A stretch of 64,000 bases of DNA from Eledone cirrhosa (Eukaryota), in NCBI GenBank assembly GCA_964016885.1, contig OZ024741.1, forward strand, positions 149,358,001 to 149,422,000, given 5' to 3'. Positions 1 through 12,931 of this stretch are shown piece by piece. How positions within the stretch are numbered: position 1 is the stretch's first letter; each line of letters opens with the position of its first letter. The position numbers were made by a program, and so were the translations under genes. The notes under the pieces are model-generated. The model was not told the DNA's origin. It saw only the letters and a list, made by a program, of their open reading frames with translations, and did not search any database.

Positions 1-244
1 GAAGATAAAATGTCCACCACCGATTACAGTAATTAGTATCGATCACCAATTATCGATTTTGATAAACATCATTAAGACCATGATTCTCTTCATCAGTATA
101 TTCAAGTCTTTGCTAATATGGGAGGGTAACTTGTGGTAAAGCTTGTGTATTATATGTATGCATACCGTATGCATACTAGCACACACAGGTATTAGTTGTC
201 TCCCCAGTCTCAGCACCACAGACTCAATATATATAATGTATATA

Positions 245-334
245 TATTAAAATATAAGATTAAAGTTTAAGCAAAGAATCGCTTAAGGGTGAAAGCAGCG
301 ATTCTTTGCTTAAACTTTAATCTGTTATTTTAAT
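245..334. repeat. Foldback palindrome, 27-bp perfect arms
   Basis: AGATTAAAGTTTAAGCAAAGAATCGCT (257-283) / AGCGATTCTTTGCTTAAACTTTAATCT (297-323). Confidence 0.92.
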
Positions 335-1482
335 AAATATTTGCTCTATGGTTTTTATATATATCTATATATATATAATGCTTATCGAGCCCTCTTTGGA
401 TTTTAGTCTTCACATTATTATTACTATTATTATTACTATATATATATATATATATCATATACATATGGTATCTATCAAAATCTTTACGTGGTCAGAAGCA
501 GAGAAATATCTGATGGTGCTGACCATTCTTTATCACCATGTGACCTAAACCACATAATGACAGTTGCATCTTATTCAAAAGCATCTGAAAGATTTAGACA
601 TATTTACATCTTTGAAACCACCGATAATGCATGAAATAAATCAAGTTGCTAATATAAATATTTTCAACTCGCACATTATGTCCTAATTGCCCTTTTCATT
701 TATTTGTAACAACACTGAATATATATATGTGTGTGTGTTATAGGTACACTGCTACAATACAAATGGAACAATAAAATATTGAGGTAACAATATCAGGCAG
801 AGAAAAATAGAGAGAAAGAGACAAAAAAAAACCAAAGATATCGGAATGTTATCTCGGAAATATTTCAAAAGTAATATTCCAATTCTCATGTTTTATTTTT
901 TTATTTTGTTTAAGTCTCCTTTTCTTTTTCTTTTTTCTTTGTCTGGTATGGATACTTCAATATTTATAGTTCCATTTGTATTGTAGTGACTTCTTTAAAC
1001 CAATTCATATATATATATATGAGTTGGTTTTAGGAACTCACTACAATACATATATGAGTTGGTTTTAGGTAACAATGCCAGACAGAGAAGAAGGAAAAAG
1101 AGAAAGAGACTTAAACAAAAGAAAAATAATAAAACAGGAGTGAGAAGACCTTGGATTGGATATAAATATATATATATATATATATATATTTGCTTTGCAA
1201 GGTTTTTGATATGAAATGGTGTGTTGAAACAAATATTTATATATTTGGGGAGGGTCATATTGTTTTAATATTGCCAGAAATAATAATAAAACACACTCAC
1301 TGTTTGGTTTGGATTGGTTTTCGCTTCTGTATCTTTTATATCTCCATAGTTAATTTATCTGGCAATCAATGTTTATCATTGATTGACCAACGATTAAAAA
1401 TACAGATATAAAAATATATATATAGTCTATCAAAGTTCTTTCGTCACACATCTGTGACATCATCAGTGGTACTATTGTTTTC

Positions 1483-1565
1483 TCCCATTGTATTGTAATG
1501 CCTATGCCATTTTTATTTTTATTTAATTTTAATAAAAATGGCATAGGCATTACAATACAACGGGA
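1483..1565. repeat. Foldback palindrome, 30-bp perfect arms
   Basis: TTGTATTGTAATGCCTATGCCATTTTTATT (1488-1517) / AATAAAAATGGCATAGGCATTACAATACAA (1531-1560). Confidence 0.92.
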
Positions 1566-1589
1566 GGAAACATAATAGTGATATCAAGA

Positions 1590-2220
1590 CCGGTGGGTGT
1601 AGGGTCTGTAGACTGGAATTTGCAGATGACATGGTTCTACTTAACTCATTGAAAGGGGATTTCCAACATTCACTGGATAGGTTTGCTGCCAAGTGCTGCA
1701 TGGCAGGAATGAAAATCAGTACTAAGAAGACTGAAACATTCGTCCTCTCAAGAAAGCCTGCATAGGAGTTCCACTGAAGCAGGTGGAGAAGTTCAAGTAT
1801 CTCAGAGTCATTTTCACATGTGATGGAAGGCAGGAGGCTGAAATAAATTCAAGAATGTGAAGAGCTGGTGCACCAGCTTCAGCACTCAGTCATCAGAAGA
1901 AGGGAGGTAGGTATAAAAGACAAACTCACTATCTTCAATTCCATACCTAGGGTCATGAATCTTGAGTAATGACTGAAGAAATACAAGGAGCCGAAATGGG
2001 AGTCCCCCGAATAGTTTTCAGAGTAACGTCACTTGATAGTCAGAATAGCTCAGAAATCAGTGAATCACTCCAGGTAGAGATGCTACTTCTCTGAATCGAA
2101 AGATCACAATTCCAATACTATGGATATGTGGTTAAAATGTCTAAGAAAATAATCACTTGACAGATTTTAGGAGCAAAGCCAACCAGCTGGAGAGCCAGAG
2201 GTAATCAATGAGCAAGACTT
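1590..2220 (+). mobile_element. Degenerate non-LTR (RTE-like) RT 3' fragment
   Basis: LEFADDMVLL...GMKISTKKTE...LKQVEKFKYL.VIF..DG with stops and frameshifts. Confidence 0.75.
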
Positions 2221-2438
2221 TTTGTCATAGTCAAAAATGTGCGTTAAAGCTGTTAACTGTAAGTTAACTTTAAATTCAAATATGCATAACTCACTCAGCA
2301 GTTCTCAAATTAGACTGTGTGTGTGGTAATAGTAATATAGAGCTCTGTTGTTATTTTGCTTTATGGCAGAGCTCTGTTGTTATTTTGTTTTGTGGCCCCG
2401 AGATAACCTACTTGATCCCACTTATATTTTTTTTACAG

Positions 2439-2565
2439 CCTAGTGGACTATATTTCTGTCATGGCCTATGATTACCATGGATTATGGGACCATGTGACAG
2501 GCATCAATGCACCATTCTTACCAGCTTCTTATGAAAAAACACCATACCAATTACAGCTGAATGTG
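2439..2565 (+). CDS. GH18 chitinase gene A, internal exon (LVDYISVMAYDYHGLWDHVTGINAPF...LNV)
   Basis: GH18 motif D-x-I-x-V-M-A-Y-D-Y-H-G-x-W...TG-x-NAP; acceptor ttttttttacag| at 2438, donor |gtaat at 2566. Confidence 0.93.
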
Positions 2566-4017
2566 GTAATATACTTTTACAATATATTCTTCAGTTCACA
2601 TAAAAATGGCTACAGGATGTTAATAGGCCTCTCAGTTATGTCAAGGGCATAACAACCTCCTTAGTGCTGGTGACCTACATGATAAAAACACCCAGTACAC
2701 ACTGCAAAGTGGTTGGTGATAAGAAAGGCATCCAGCCATAGAAAACCTCTCAAACAAAGAGTCAGGAGGACTCTTCAACTATGTCAAAGACACGACAACC
2801 TCTCTAGTCATCATTTTCTCTATTTACAAGGAAATACATATTGATATATTTACATGTCTACACACTCAATGAGAAAAATTATAAACACTTTTATGTTGTT
2901 TCAGTTACCTATATTCTGTTTATATTCAGATATAACTTTATCCTCTATAGAGTTGGTGATCTACACGTTAAACACACCCAATACACTTTGTAAAGCAGTT
3001 GGTGATAGGAAGGGCATCGAACTATAGAAAACCTTTCAGACAAAGGGTAGAAAGGACTCTTCAGTAGTGTTAAGTGCTGATATCACAACAAAGTGCACCC
3101 GGTACACTCAGTAGAGTGTATGTAAGTGAGATGCAGGCATCTGGTCCATCTGAGAGGTCAGAAGCTCTGATTAAGTACTGACTTGGTCTGTAACAACATG
3201 TCCAACTTTTGCTAGCAAGAGAAACAGGCTTTAAATGATAACGATGATCATGATGTTGTTAGTGATGATGATGATGACAATGGTAGGGGGTGGGGTGGGG
3301 GGTTTATGAAGTTGCTCGGAGAGTTAGTAAGAAATTAAGAGCCATAGATTTGTGCAGTAGACACCAAGCAGCATATCAACATATCAAGTTATCTGCTTCA
3401 GAATGGAGACTTGGGACTCTAAATACTTGCAACTCAGAGGATTTCAATAAAGGCACTCCAATAATCTCATTATCCCTACCCCAACAGTTGAATTACAACT
3501 AACCATACAGGAGACACAAATGCAAATTACTTGTATCCCCTTGTACCACTATCAACAGTTACTATAAAATATAGTGTCCCTTTCTATCAAATTAAAGAAC
3601 TAGTAGGTATTAAAGGGCAGAATTTGAGGGATTAGCAGGAATTAAAGGGAAGTGTTTAAAGGATTAGTAGGTGTTAAAGGATAGTGTTTGAGGACTTAAC
3701 AAGGATTAGCAGGAATTAAGTGATAATGTTTGAGATATATTATTTGATAAATAAACTATTTGAATTTGAGTTATTTTGTCATTGAATAATGCTTGTTTGT
3801 TTATTCTTCCCCTCTCTCCATCTCTCTTTCCTTCTTTCCCTCCCCCTCTTTACCTCTCCCCCACCCAATATCCCCACTCCCACCTCCCCCACTCCCGTCT
3901 CTCCCACTCCCATCTCTCACACTCCCATTGCCTCTCTCTACCTCTCTCTCCCCTTATCCCATCTCCACCTCTCACTCCCTCCCTCTCACTCCCCCCTCTC
4001 TCTCTCTATCCCTCTAG

Positions 4018-4203
4018 AAATGGACCATGAAGTATTGGTTATCAAAGGGAGCACAAAACTCTAAACTCAACCTTGGTTTAGCAGCATATGGACGTGGTTT
4101 CACACTAGCTAACACCATGTATTCCCAGCCTGGAGCTAATATAACAGGGCCATGTAAGCCAGGGCAGTATTTGAAGGATCCTAATTTTCTAGCTTACTTT
4201 GAG
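4018..4203 (+). CDS. GH18 chitinase gene A exon (KWTMKYWLSKGAQNSKLNLGLAAYGRGFTL...FLAYFE)
   Basis: YW...GA...KL.LG...YGR.F.L and LAY.E are hallmark animal chitinase motifs; long pyrimidine tract plus ctag acceptor; donor gtaaat; phase 0/0 continues the previous exon. Confidence 0.95.
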
Positions 4204-4241
4204 GTAAATTTACTTTAATATATGGCACATGTTTGTCTATA

Positions 4242-4471
4242 TTAACTTTTTAGTTACCATATTTCTAATAAAAGACACTGCCTATGATTTTCAAATAATT
4301 TGGAAAATAATAACAAAAATTAGGAATATAATAATCTTTCTCATTATTTGTCTGAGATTTGAAACAAAAATGTTTACATAAAATTATGATGGAAAGATTT
4401 GATTTTAAATAAACGCCTTTGTACCATAGAACCAAAAGCAGTTTGGGGCAGTTTGGTATCAAAAGGTTTAA
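4242..4471. mobile_element. Possible TTAA-flanked (piggyBac-type) MITE
   Basis: Imperfect TIRs TTAACTTTTTAGTTACC / GGTATCAAAAGGTTTAA; related partial copy at 48627-48752. Confidence 0.45.
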
Positions 4472-4779
4472 TGGTACATATCTCATTGACCCAAAAAGAA
4501 ATAAAGCACCCAGATTCTATGTGATTTCAACTCAACACAAAAAGATATAATTAAATTCTCTATTTTTTGTAAATAAGAGCATTTCAATACTCATATAATT
4601 ATTGCAGTAAGCTGTCTGTCTACTACTTCTATACTTCAACATTCATTTAATTATTTGAATGACTGTTAGATATTTCCATTAATTGGCACTCATTTTGGTA
4701 ATATCAATAGTTCAATGTATTTATTTGAGTGACCAATCTGTCTGCTACTTCCATTAATCAACCTATTCTCGTTTTTTAG

Positions 4780-4896
4780 CTCTGTCACTTTAAAAATAGA
4801 AAAACTTATCACTGGATGAATGATTCTAAAGCACCATACATTGTTAACGGTGACCAATGGATTGGTTATGATAATCCAATGAGTTTGAAACTGAAG
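4780..4896 (+). CDS. GH18 chitinase gene A exon (LCHFKNRKTYHWMNDSKAPYIVNGDQWIGYDNPMSLKLK)
   Basis: Hand-translated; PY...QW(I/V)GYD...S...K motif; tttttag acceptor, gtaatc donor; 117 nt, same length as the gene B paralogous exon. Confidence 0.95.
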
Positions 4897-5199
4897 GTAA
4901 TCTTTATTTGGACATCTCTGGGCAGGGGTACATCTACAGGATATCAGGCGTGCTAGTGGATCAATTATAAGTTCAAATTCGAACACAATAAAAGGACTCA
5001 TATCAATATAAAAAATAGGAATTATTGTCTATATATTATTTTAGTAAACCATGTGGTAGGTAGTGACTAGACATAATTATTTGAATGTCTGATAGAATGC
5101 TTTATGGTATTTGTTCCAACTTTCTGCACGCTGAAGTCAACTTTGCCTTTAATTCTTTTGAGACTGATGAATTAAATATCAGTCCAGTACTAGGATCTA

Positions 5200-5251
<52 letters not shown>

Positions 5252-5409
5252 TTCTCTGGAAAAAACAGACTATATTCAGACATGCCTGGAGGGGGATTAG
5301 CTCTGCCAGGTTTAAAATGCCCAACAAATGCTGTATGTTATACGTTCATACAATACATTTGGGTGTTAATATATTTGAGGGAGAAAACCAAGAACTTTCA
5401 ATTAATTAA

Positions 5410-5592
5410 TTGTTTCTACTTTTGGCACAAGGCCAGCAATTACCCAGTGCATTACTGGTACTTTATTTTATCGACCCCGTAAGGATGAAAGGCAAAGTTA
5501 ACCTCGGCGGGGTTTGAACTTAGAATGGCAAGGGCCGTAACTCTATGCTGCAAAGCATGGTGTCCGACCCTCTACCGATACTGCCAATCCTC
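5410..5592 (-). mobile_element. tRNA-derived SINE (family 1)
   Basis: High similarity to 13228-13411; flanked by TTCAATTAATTAAT direct repeats. Confidence 0.88.
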
Positions 5593-6534
5593 CTTCAATT
5601 AATTAATGAGAACAACGCAGTAATACAGAAGACCCGACTTCCCACGGGTACAAGCCGAAGCTGAAGCATATAGACAATATGCTCCCATGCCCCTCCCACT
5701 GTAAAGTGGTCATGTAGGTGTCACGACAAAAAGCACCCAGTCCACACTGTAGAGTGGTCATGTAGGTGCCACAGTAAAAAAGCACTCAGTACTCACTGTA
5801 AATGAGGTTGGTATTAGGAAGGACATCCAGCTGTAGAAACCGAGCCAAAACCAGTTCTGTATGAGCAAGACATGGTCTCTTGACCTGGCATTGCCCATAA
5901 CAGGACAACCTGTCTAAGCCATGCTAGCATAGAAACATTGATGTAAAACGCTGATGATGATGATGAGATGAATACCATTATAGAAATAACTAATTCTGGT
6001 TTTAAAAAAACAGGAAGGGAGATAATTGATTAAAATCAAATATGGAATACCATGAGCAAACTGAGACAACATAGGGCAGAGAAGACCCTTTAGTTTTGTT
6101 GAGGACTTGACAACTTCTCTAGTGGGAGTGCCACAATAACATATGTTCAGTACACACTATAAAGTGGTTCACAATCAAATGAAGGCAATGTAGGATGTAA
6201 AGAATTCTTTAATCTTGCTAAATATATAACAACCTCTTTAGTGCCGGTGACAATAAAATGCACTCAGTACACCCTGTAAAGTTGTTGACAATTAAACAAA
6301 GGTAATATAGAGTAGAGAGGACTCTTTAGTTTTACTGAAACATAACAACCTCTCTAGTGTTGATGACACAATAAAATGTACCTAGTACACTCTGTTGGTA
6401 TTAAGGAAGATATCCAGCTGTAGAAATCTTGACAAAATATAGAACATATGAGCAAGACATGGTTCTTAGACTTGTCCTAACTTGGACTATGAAACCCATC
6501 CCACTACTTTATTAACATTGTTTTCTGTTTTTAG

Positions 6535-6659
6535 ATTGAATGGCTGAAGGAGATGCAGTTTGGTGGTGTCAGCTTTTGGTCCTTAGATCTGGATGACTTT
6601 GGTAATATATGCGGAGAAGGGAATTACCCTCTGTTGAGAGAGGTCAATAAAGTATTGGG
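6535..6659 (+). CDS. GH18 chitinase gene A exon (IEWLKEMQFGGVSFWSLDLDDFGNICGEGNYPLLREVNKVLG)
   Basis: GG...WSLDLDDF...C...YPLL C-terminal GH18 motif; tttttag acceptor; phase-2 donor gtatgt at 6660, identical in position to gene B (125 nt in both). Confidence 0.95.
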
Positions 6660-7111
6660 GTATGTTACTTCAGTTTATTAGATAATAGCAAGACATTGTC
6701 ACTGTTTCTAAACATCTAGAACATTCTTCTTTTTTCCACTCCCCCATCATCATCATCATCATAATAACCACTACCCTCACCACCATCAACATCACTGCCA
6801 CCCAGTGTCATGACTTGCATGGGGCTTAGTTTTATGTGGGGTTGGGATTTGTACATCATCATTTCAACTCTCCCATCCTGAATCCTTTGGGCAGCAAAAC
6901 ATAGTCAAGATGGCTGTAGATGAGGCATGCCAGCTATGCCCATCCCATTCTTTTTCCTGTGTACCCTTACAACTTATATTTCCCTGACAAGATCTCAACT
7001 TATTATGAATGCTTCATCTTTATCTTGCATTTTTCCATCTTGTTTTTACAACAGAACAAAAACCTAATCACACAAGAGGGCTATTCCTTGGAAAAAGCAT
7101 GGAGGTGATTA

Positions 7112-7273
7112 TATATGTAATTGCTACAGAACCTTCAAACACTGACAACAAATATACACCTTGTAACCACCATAAGTTCCCAGATATTCTCTTATATGTA
7201 ATTGCTACAGAACCTTTAAAAACTAACAACAAATATACACCTTGTAACCATCATAAGTTCCTAGATATTCTCT
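7112..7273 (+). repeat. 81-bp tandem duplication
   Basis: TATATGTAATTGCTACAGAACC...GATATTCTC twice. Confidence 0.9.
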
Positions 7274-7369
7274 TATTATTTCAAGAAATAAATTGTCGAT
7301 AACACCTGTATGGTTGTTTGTTTTTATTGTTTCTTTTTTGTGAGTGTTTGTTTGTTGAATAAATTAACA

Positions 7370-7800
7370 GGGAGAAGGATAGATTTTGTGTTGACTGCAG
7401 GAGAATTGCGATGTTCCATGGTAGTGAGACATGGTCAGTAAATGCAGAAGCCTGGTTAGAAATTAATTGAGCATGTCCTGATAGGTGTGTAATGTTAGTA
7501 TGCATAAATGACAAAACATAGATGAACCAAGAGAAAAACTGGGCATAAGAGGAATCAGATGGTGTGGGCAAGAGAGAAGCTTGTGCTGGTGTGGACATGT
7601 AATGCATAAGGAAGGTGATTGTTGGGTGAAGAAGTGCTAGGAGCTTAAAGTGGAAGGAAGTCACAAAAGAAGAAGACCAAGCAATACACGGACAGAGGGG
7701 GTGAAACCTAACCTCACAAAGGAAATGACAAAGGAAAGAAACAAGTAAAGAGACTTTGTGCTGGAAAGGACTGAGTTGACCCATGCAAGCATGAATAAAT
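7370..7800 (+). mobile_element. Degenerate RTE LINE 3' fragment
   Basis: MFHGSETW...LGIRGI...WCGHV pattern and CCCATGCAAGCATG tail followed by (GAT)n. Confidence 0.65.
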
Positions 7801-7997
7801 GAATGCAAAACGATAATGACGATGATGATGATAACTATGACGACGACTATGATGGTCAGGATGATGATAACGATGAGGACATTGATGGTGAGGATCGTTA
7901 TCATCATCATCATCAAAGGGGCACGGCACAACCTTTGGCTTTAATAGTCTTTTGCATGTAGGTGTGGTCAATATTCAGTTTGGAGTTATGTAGAATG

Positions 7998-8478
7998 TGT
8001 AGTGACCCCTTGGGTGGAGAAGGAGAGTTAATGAGAGTTATGTCCCATGGAGACTATAAATTGAGAAACTAAAAGTACCCGCTCTATTACAAGGCTAACC
8101 GTCCAGGAGTTAAGATGTAATTTTGCCTTCTCCCACTTTTCATTTCACCCACACCATGTGGAGTGAACATATTAAGAGCAACTCTCTCTCAGGCGACTTC
8201 AACTTCAGAACAGAAAACCAATAACACCATGTGGAGACTAACTCTTTCTCTCACTTCGTCGCCAATTCTACAACTAATAATACCAATTATACATATATTA
8301 TTTCAAAAGGTATGTCTTATTTCCAAGTTGTAACACACACTCATAACAATAAAGATGAGACAATTATAGACACTCGTGTGAGATATTTCAGCATGTTTCA
8401 TTTAATTACTTTATTCCTCAATTGATGACCAAATAACGTAAACACTAATAAAAATAATGAGCTTTCATACCCGTTAAA
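7998..8478 (+). repeat. 5' LTR (481 bp)
   Basis: Begins TGTAGTGACCCC, ends CCCGTTAAA; direct repeat of 12944-13619 minus the SINE; roughly 4% divergent by eye. Confidence 0.93.
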
Positions 8479-8479
8479 A

Positions 8480-8497
8480 TGGTGGCCCAGACGTTGA
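8480..8497 (+). promoter_or_regulatory. Primer binding site TGGTGGCCCAGACG (resembles the complement of the tRNA-Ile(AAT) 3' end)
   Basis: TGG starts 1 nt after the LTR; tRNA identity inferred from memory of animal tRNA-Ile 3' ends. Confidence 0.7.
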
Positions 8498-8820
8498 TAT
8501 ATGGAAAATATACAACTAAAAATAAATTAAAATGTTTCTGAAATTTTTGAAGATGGCGGCTTTCTTCTTCAACAGTTTTTTTGGCGTGAAACCGTGCGCC
8601 ATGTTGGTTTTTGCTTTAAGTTCTCTGTAGATGTATTGATAATGCCATTGTTTGCTTAGTCGCTCACTTACACAATATTTCGGATACATTCTTTCTCCTG
8701 TCCGGTTGTTTGAAGTAAAGACAAAAAAAAAAAACAAGTGGGTTTATTTTCTTTTTCCCTTGTGTTAGAGGTATTTTTCTTTAGGGGAGACGCATTTTGT
8801 CGCTTACTGAGATTGCACCA

Positions 8821-9608
8821 ATGGCAGCTCAATCTATTCTCCCTACTTATACGGGCAACGTGAAATTATGGTTCGCTCAAATGGAAGCATTTTACGCTAA
8901 CAACATCGCTGAGGCACAGCAACGTCCCCTCGTCCTTAGTGCCATTCCTCTGGCACTTCTCCCAACTATTAAGGATCTCGTAATGGAGACACCGACTGAC
9001 GCTACTTACAAGTCGTTGAAGGCTGAAATACTCAGCCAGACTGCACAGTCCGGCGAGAAACGCTTTAGAGCTCTGGTCCATTTAGAGCATATCGGGGATG
9101 GCACTCCATCAGACCTCTTACATCGGATGAAAGACCTAACAGAGGGGTCGGTAAAAACCGCAATGTTGAAGCAGTTGTTTTTCTCACGTTTACTGACCAA
9201 CGTTCAAGCTATTTTGGACCCCATTAGGGATACATGTTCTGTGGACCAACTGGCCACCTCTGCGGACAAGGTTTTTGAAGTCACGGGTGCTGGAGGCAGC
9301 GAGGCCCTTGCTGCTGTTTCTCCCCCAGCTCAGACCACACCAGCGTGGCAACTCATGCAGACAGCGCAGCTATAATGGCTATGCAAAAAGTTATTCAAGA
9401 ACTCACCCTGGAGCTACAGAAGCTGAAGGCCTCTGGTAATGCTCGTTCACGCTCACGCAGCCGCAGTAGATCTATCTCTTTCAGACACCGCCCCAGGTCA
9501 CCAGCTTCATCTTTATACTGGTACCACGAGCGTTTTTTTGCGAACATGAACCACTGTGTACAGCCTTGTTCTTGTGTGAAGTCGGGAAATGACAGAGAGG
9601 TGCGCTGA
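8821..9608 (+). pseudogene. gag: gag (frameshifted near 9345-9375)
   Basis: LP.Y..N.KLWFAQMEA.F N-terminus, L..IGD.TPS.LL.RM..L, RS-rich tract, degenerate knuckle LYWYHERF...C.QPC typical of invertebrate Ty3/gypsy Gag. Confidence 0.85.
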
Positions 9609-9638
9609 GGGCGGCAGCCACCCTCAGTGTAAAGCACC
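9584..9638 (+). promoter_or_regulatory. Gag-pol -1 ribosomal frameshift signal (G GGA AAT slippery site plus downstream hairpin)
   Basis: X XXY YYZ heptamer in the gag frame; pol is in the -1 frame; stem GGTGCGCTGAGGG...CCCTCAGTGT...GCACC begins 8 nt downstream. Confidence 0.75.
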
Positions 9639-12583
9639 CAAACCGCCACTTCTTCATCAAGGACCTCCTGTATGGAAGAGCCTTTCTCGTGGATACAGGA
9701 ACCTCCTGTAGTATTTGGCTGGTCTATTGCCTAAAGGATACCCCCGTGGAGTCATCCGTTACTCTGCAGGCCGTTAACCACTCGCCGATAAAGACATACG
9801 GACAAATCTCGCTTCCTCTCAAATTCCAAAATCTTCGTAGGGATTTTAAATGGATTTTTATGGTCGTTGATTTGCCATACCTAATTTTAGGAGCGGATTT
9901 CCTCCACAATTTCTCCTTAACTGTGGATGTCCGAGGCCAACGTCTAGTGGATGACATCACCGGTTTCTCAATTCGTGGTTGAAGAGCAGGTGCTTCAACG
10001 GTTAGCCCAACCTTCTTCATCGCTGCTGCTGGAAAAGCCTACCATTCGTTGTTAGAATCATTCCCGGAACTCATCGATGGAAATTTTCGAGTTACCGAGC
10101 CAACTCACTCAACCGAACATTTTATTTCCACAACCGATGCTCCAGTATTTTCACGTCGTTTACCGGCGGACAAGTTAAAGGCAGCATGGTCCGAGTTCGA
10201 CCATATGCTGCAGCTGGGCATTATTCGCCCATCTACGAGTCCTTGGGCTTCCCCGTTACATATGGTGCCAAAGACTTCTGGCGACTGGAGACACACTGGG
10301 GATTACAGGAGATTAAACGCAATGACCATCCCGGATAGATATCCGATTCCCCACCTCCAGGATTTTGCATCTTCGTTGCAGGGTTGTAAGATTTTCTCCA
10401 AACTCGATTTAGTGCGAGCTTACCACCAAATGCAAGTCAGGAAGGAAGACATTCCAAAAACAGCTATTACGACTCCTTTCGGTTCCTTCGAGTTTTTGAC
10501 CGTGCCTTTCGGACTCAGGAATGCCGCTAGCACTTTTCAGCGGTTCATAGACGAGGTCACTCATGGTCTGGACTTCATTTATGCATATATAGATGATCTT
10601 CTTATCGTTAGTTCCTCTCTAGAAGAGCATATGTGTCACCTGAACCATTTATTTTGCCGACTCCAGAATTATCGTGTTCAAGTGAATCCCGCAAAGTGTG
10701 TTTTCGGATCCGTTTCACTGAATTTTTTAGGTCACATCATCGACGCTGAGGGTATTCGACCCCTTCCACGGTGAGTTAAGGCTATACAGGATTTACCTCC
10801 GCCTACCCTACTTCACCAGTTGCGTCACTTCCTAGGCCTAATCAATTTTTATAGACGTTTCGTTCCTCAATGTACAAAATTACTGTTTTCCCTTACCAAG
10901 ATTTTGAAAGATCGTCGTAAGAAGAATGAGGATATTTCCTTGACACAAGCACAACTCAAAGATTTCCAGACTGCCAAGACAGCACTTGCTAATTCATTTT
11001 TGCTAGCCCACCCAGTACCCGATGCCAAGCTTTCGCTTTGTGTCGATGCATCTGATACCGCTGTGGGAGAAGTTTTACAACAGTATAACGCTGAACACCA
11101 ACAACCTTTGGCATTTTTCTCCAGGAAGCTGAAACCGGCAGAAACTCGTTACAGCACGTTTGGTCGGGAGTTATTAGCCATATATCTGCCGTTGAAACAT
11201 TTTTCTCATATTCTTGATGGAAGAAATTTTACGGTTTTCACTGACCACAAACCTCTGACCTTCACTTTGAGGGATAAAGCCGACAGATATTCGCCCAGAG
11301 AGACAAGGCACCTCGATTATATTTCGCTGTTTACCAATGATATCCAGCACATTTCTGGCTCACTAAATACAGCTGCAGACGCCTTGTCATGCTCGCCAAT
11401 CAGCTCGATTTCGTCATCCAAGGAGATAGATTTAAGTCGTTTGGCAGCAAACCAACCTGCACTCGAATCGTTGGATACTTCATCAGCCGAATTTGCAAAT
11501 TGCAATCTGAAATATCTGCCCTTGTCGACTGCCGACAGGCAGATTCTCTGCGATGTATCTACGGATTCACCACAACCTTATGTTCCCGAGACTCACCGTC
11601 GAATTGTGTTCCTTGCTTTGCACAGCATTTTTCACCCAGGATCTTCAGCCACAGTAAAGCTCATAACGGCTAGATTTTTCTGGCCAAATATGGGGAGCGA
11701 AATTATTGCTTGGTGTCGTTCCTGCATACAGTGTCAAAAATCTAAAGTCCACAGACACATCCGGACTCCACTTGGTACTTTCAGTACTGCGGATGCTCGT
11801 TTTCAACACATCCACATCGATATCGTTGGACCTTGGCCAGTCAGTAGTGAATATTCTTACCTTTTGACCTGCATTGATCGTTTTTCGCGATGGCCTGAAG
11901 CCATCCTCTTAACGGACATTACCGCCGACACAATAGCGCGTGCCCTGGTGTCAGGGTGGATTGCCCACTATGGCGTGCCAACCACAATTACTACAGACCA
12001 TGGTAGGCAATTCAAATCACATCTTTTCTCGGAGTTAACAAAAATTATTGCCACTCAATGCATTCGGACCACATCTCATCCTGCTTCAAACGGAATGGTG
12101 GAGCGTTTTCAACGCCAATTAAAGGCCGCTCTTCGTGCCTATCCAGACTCTCTACACTGGAGCGAGTACCTTCCTATTGTGTTGTTAGGAATTCGGTCTT
12201 CAATAAAGGAGGACCTTGGGTTCTCCCCGGCTGAATTGTTGTATGGTGCTCTTCTAGTGTTGCCTGGGCAAATGCTTGCTCCTGTCGATCTTGCTATTCA
12301 AGATCCCCTTTTCTACGTATCTCGTTTGCGCTCGTATTTTCAGGACTTACCGCCTATGGATACCAGGAAACAGACTATTAAAATTGCAGTCCCAAGGGAT
12401 ATTGCCTCGTGGACACATGTCTTTGTCAGAGATGACGCTGTTAGACCACCTCTCACACAACCATACTCTGGACCCTACCGTGTGTTAGCACGTGCTGACA
12501 AACATTTTACTGTAGACATTAAGGGATCCAGAGAGACAATTTCAGTTGACAGACTGAAAAGGGCATTCACCTTTTCCACCTGA
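9584..12583 (+). pseudogene. pol: pol: aspartic protease, reverse transcriptase, RNase H, integrase; one frame with in-frame TGA at 9590, 9980 and 10772
   Basis: FLVDTG...ILGADFL; [22 protein letters not shown]; DASD, YSTFGRELLAI, TDHKPL; HHCC zinc finger, DIVG/TDHG/E catalytic triad, GPY motif. Confidence 0.96.
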
Positions 12584-12931
12584 GCCACAAATACCCCCAT
12601 CTTTCTCTATTGTACATACACCTGCTCCTTCTACCCCACCTTCACCTACATACAAGACCACGACCCATTCCGGTCGAAGAGTCCACTGGCCCAAAAGACT
12701 TTCTCAAACAGTTTTCATCTGAACTGGCCACTATGGAGCCTTTTTTTGTATTGTGTTTTACAAGCTTTTCTTTACCTTGTTTCTTAACAGTTGAAAGTTT
12801 TCTTTAACTATAGAGTTTTCTTTTTGTGTATGCATATACCTTTTTTATGCATATACCTTTTTCATACCTTTGCCTTGATCCCATTCTTGCGGGTTCGCTA
12901 CAATTACCTTCGGGTTGTTCGCCTAACGTCT

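Noticed and set aside
3776-4064. Pro/Ser/Leu-rich ORFs
   Set aside because: Translation of an intronic C/T low-complexity tract preceding the 4018 acceptor
7281-7971. 216-aa hydrophobic or His-rich ORFs
   Set aside because: Antisense of a decayed RTE fragment plus a (GAT)n microsatellite
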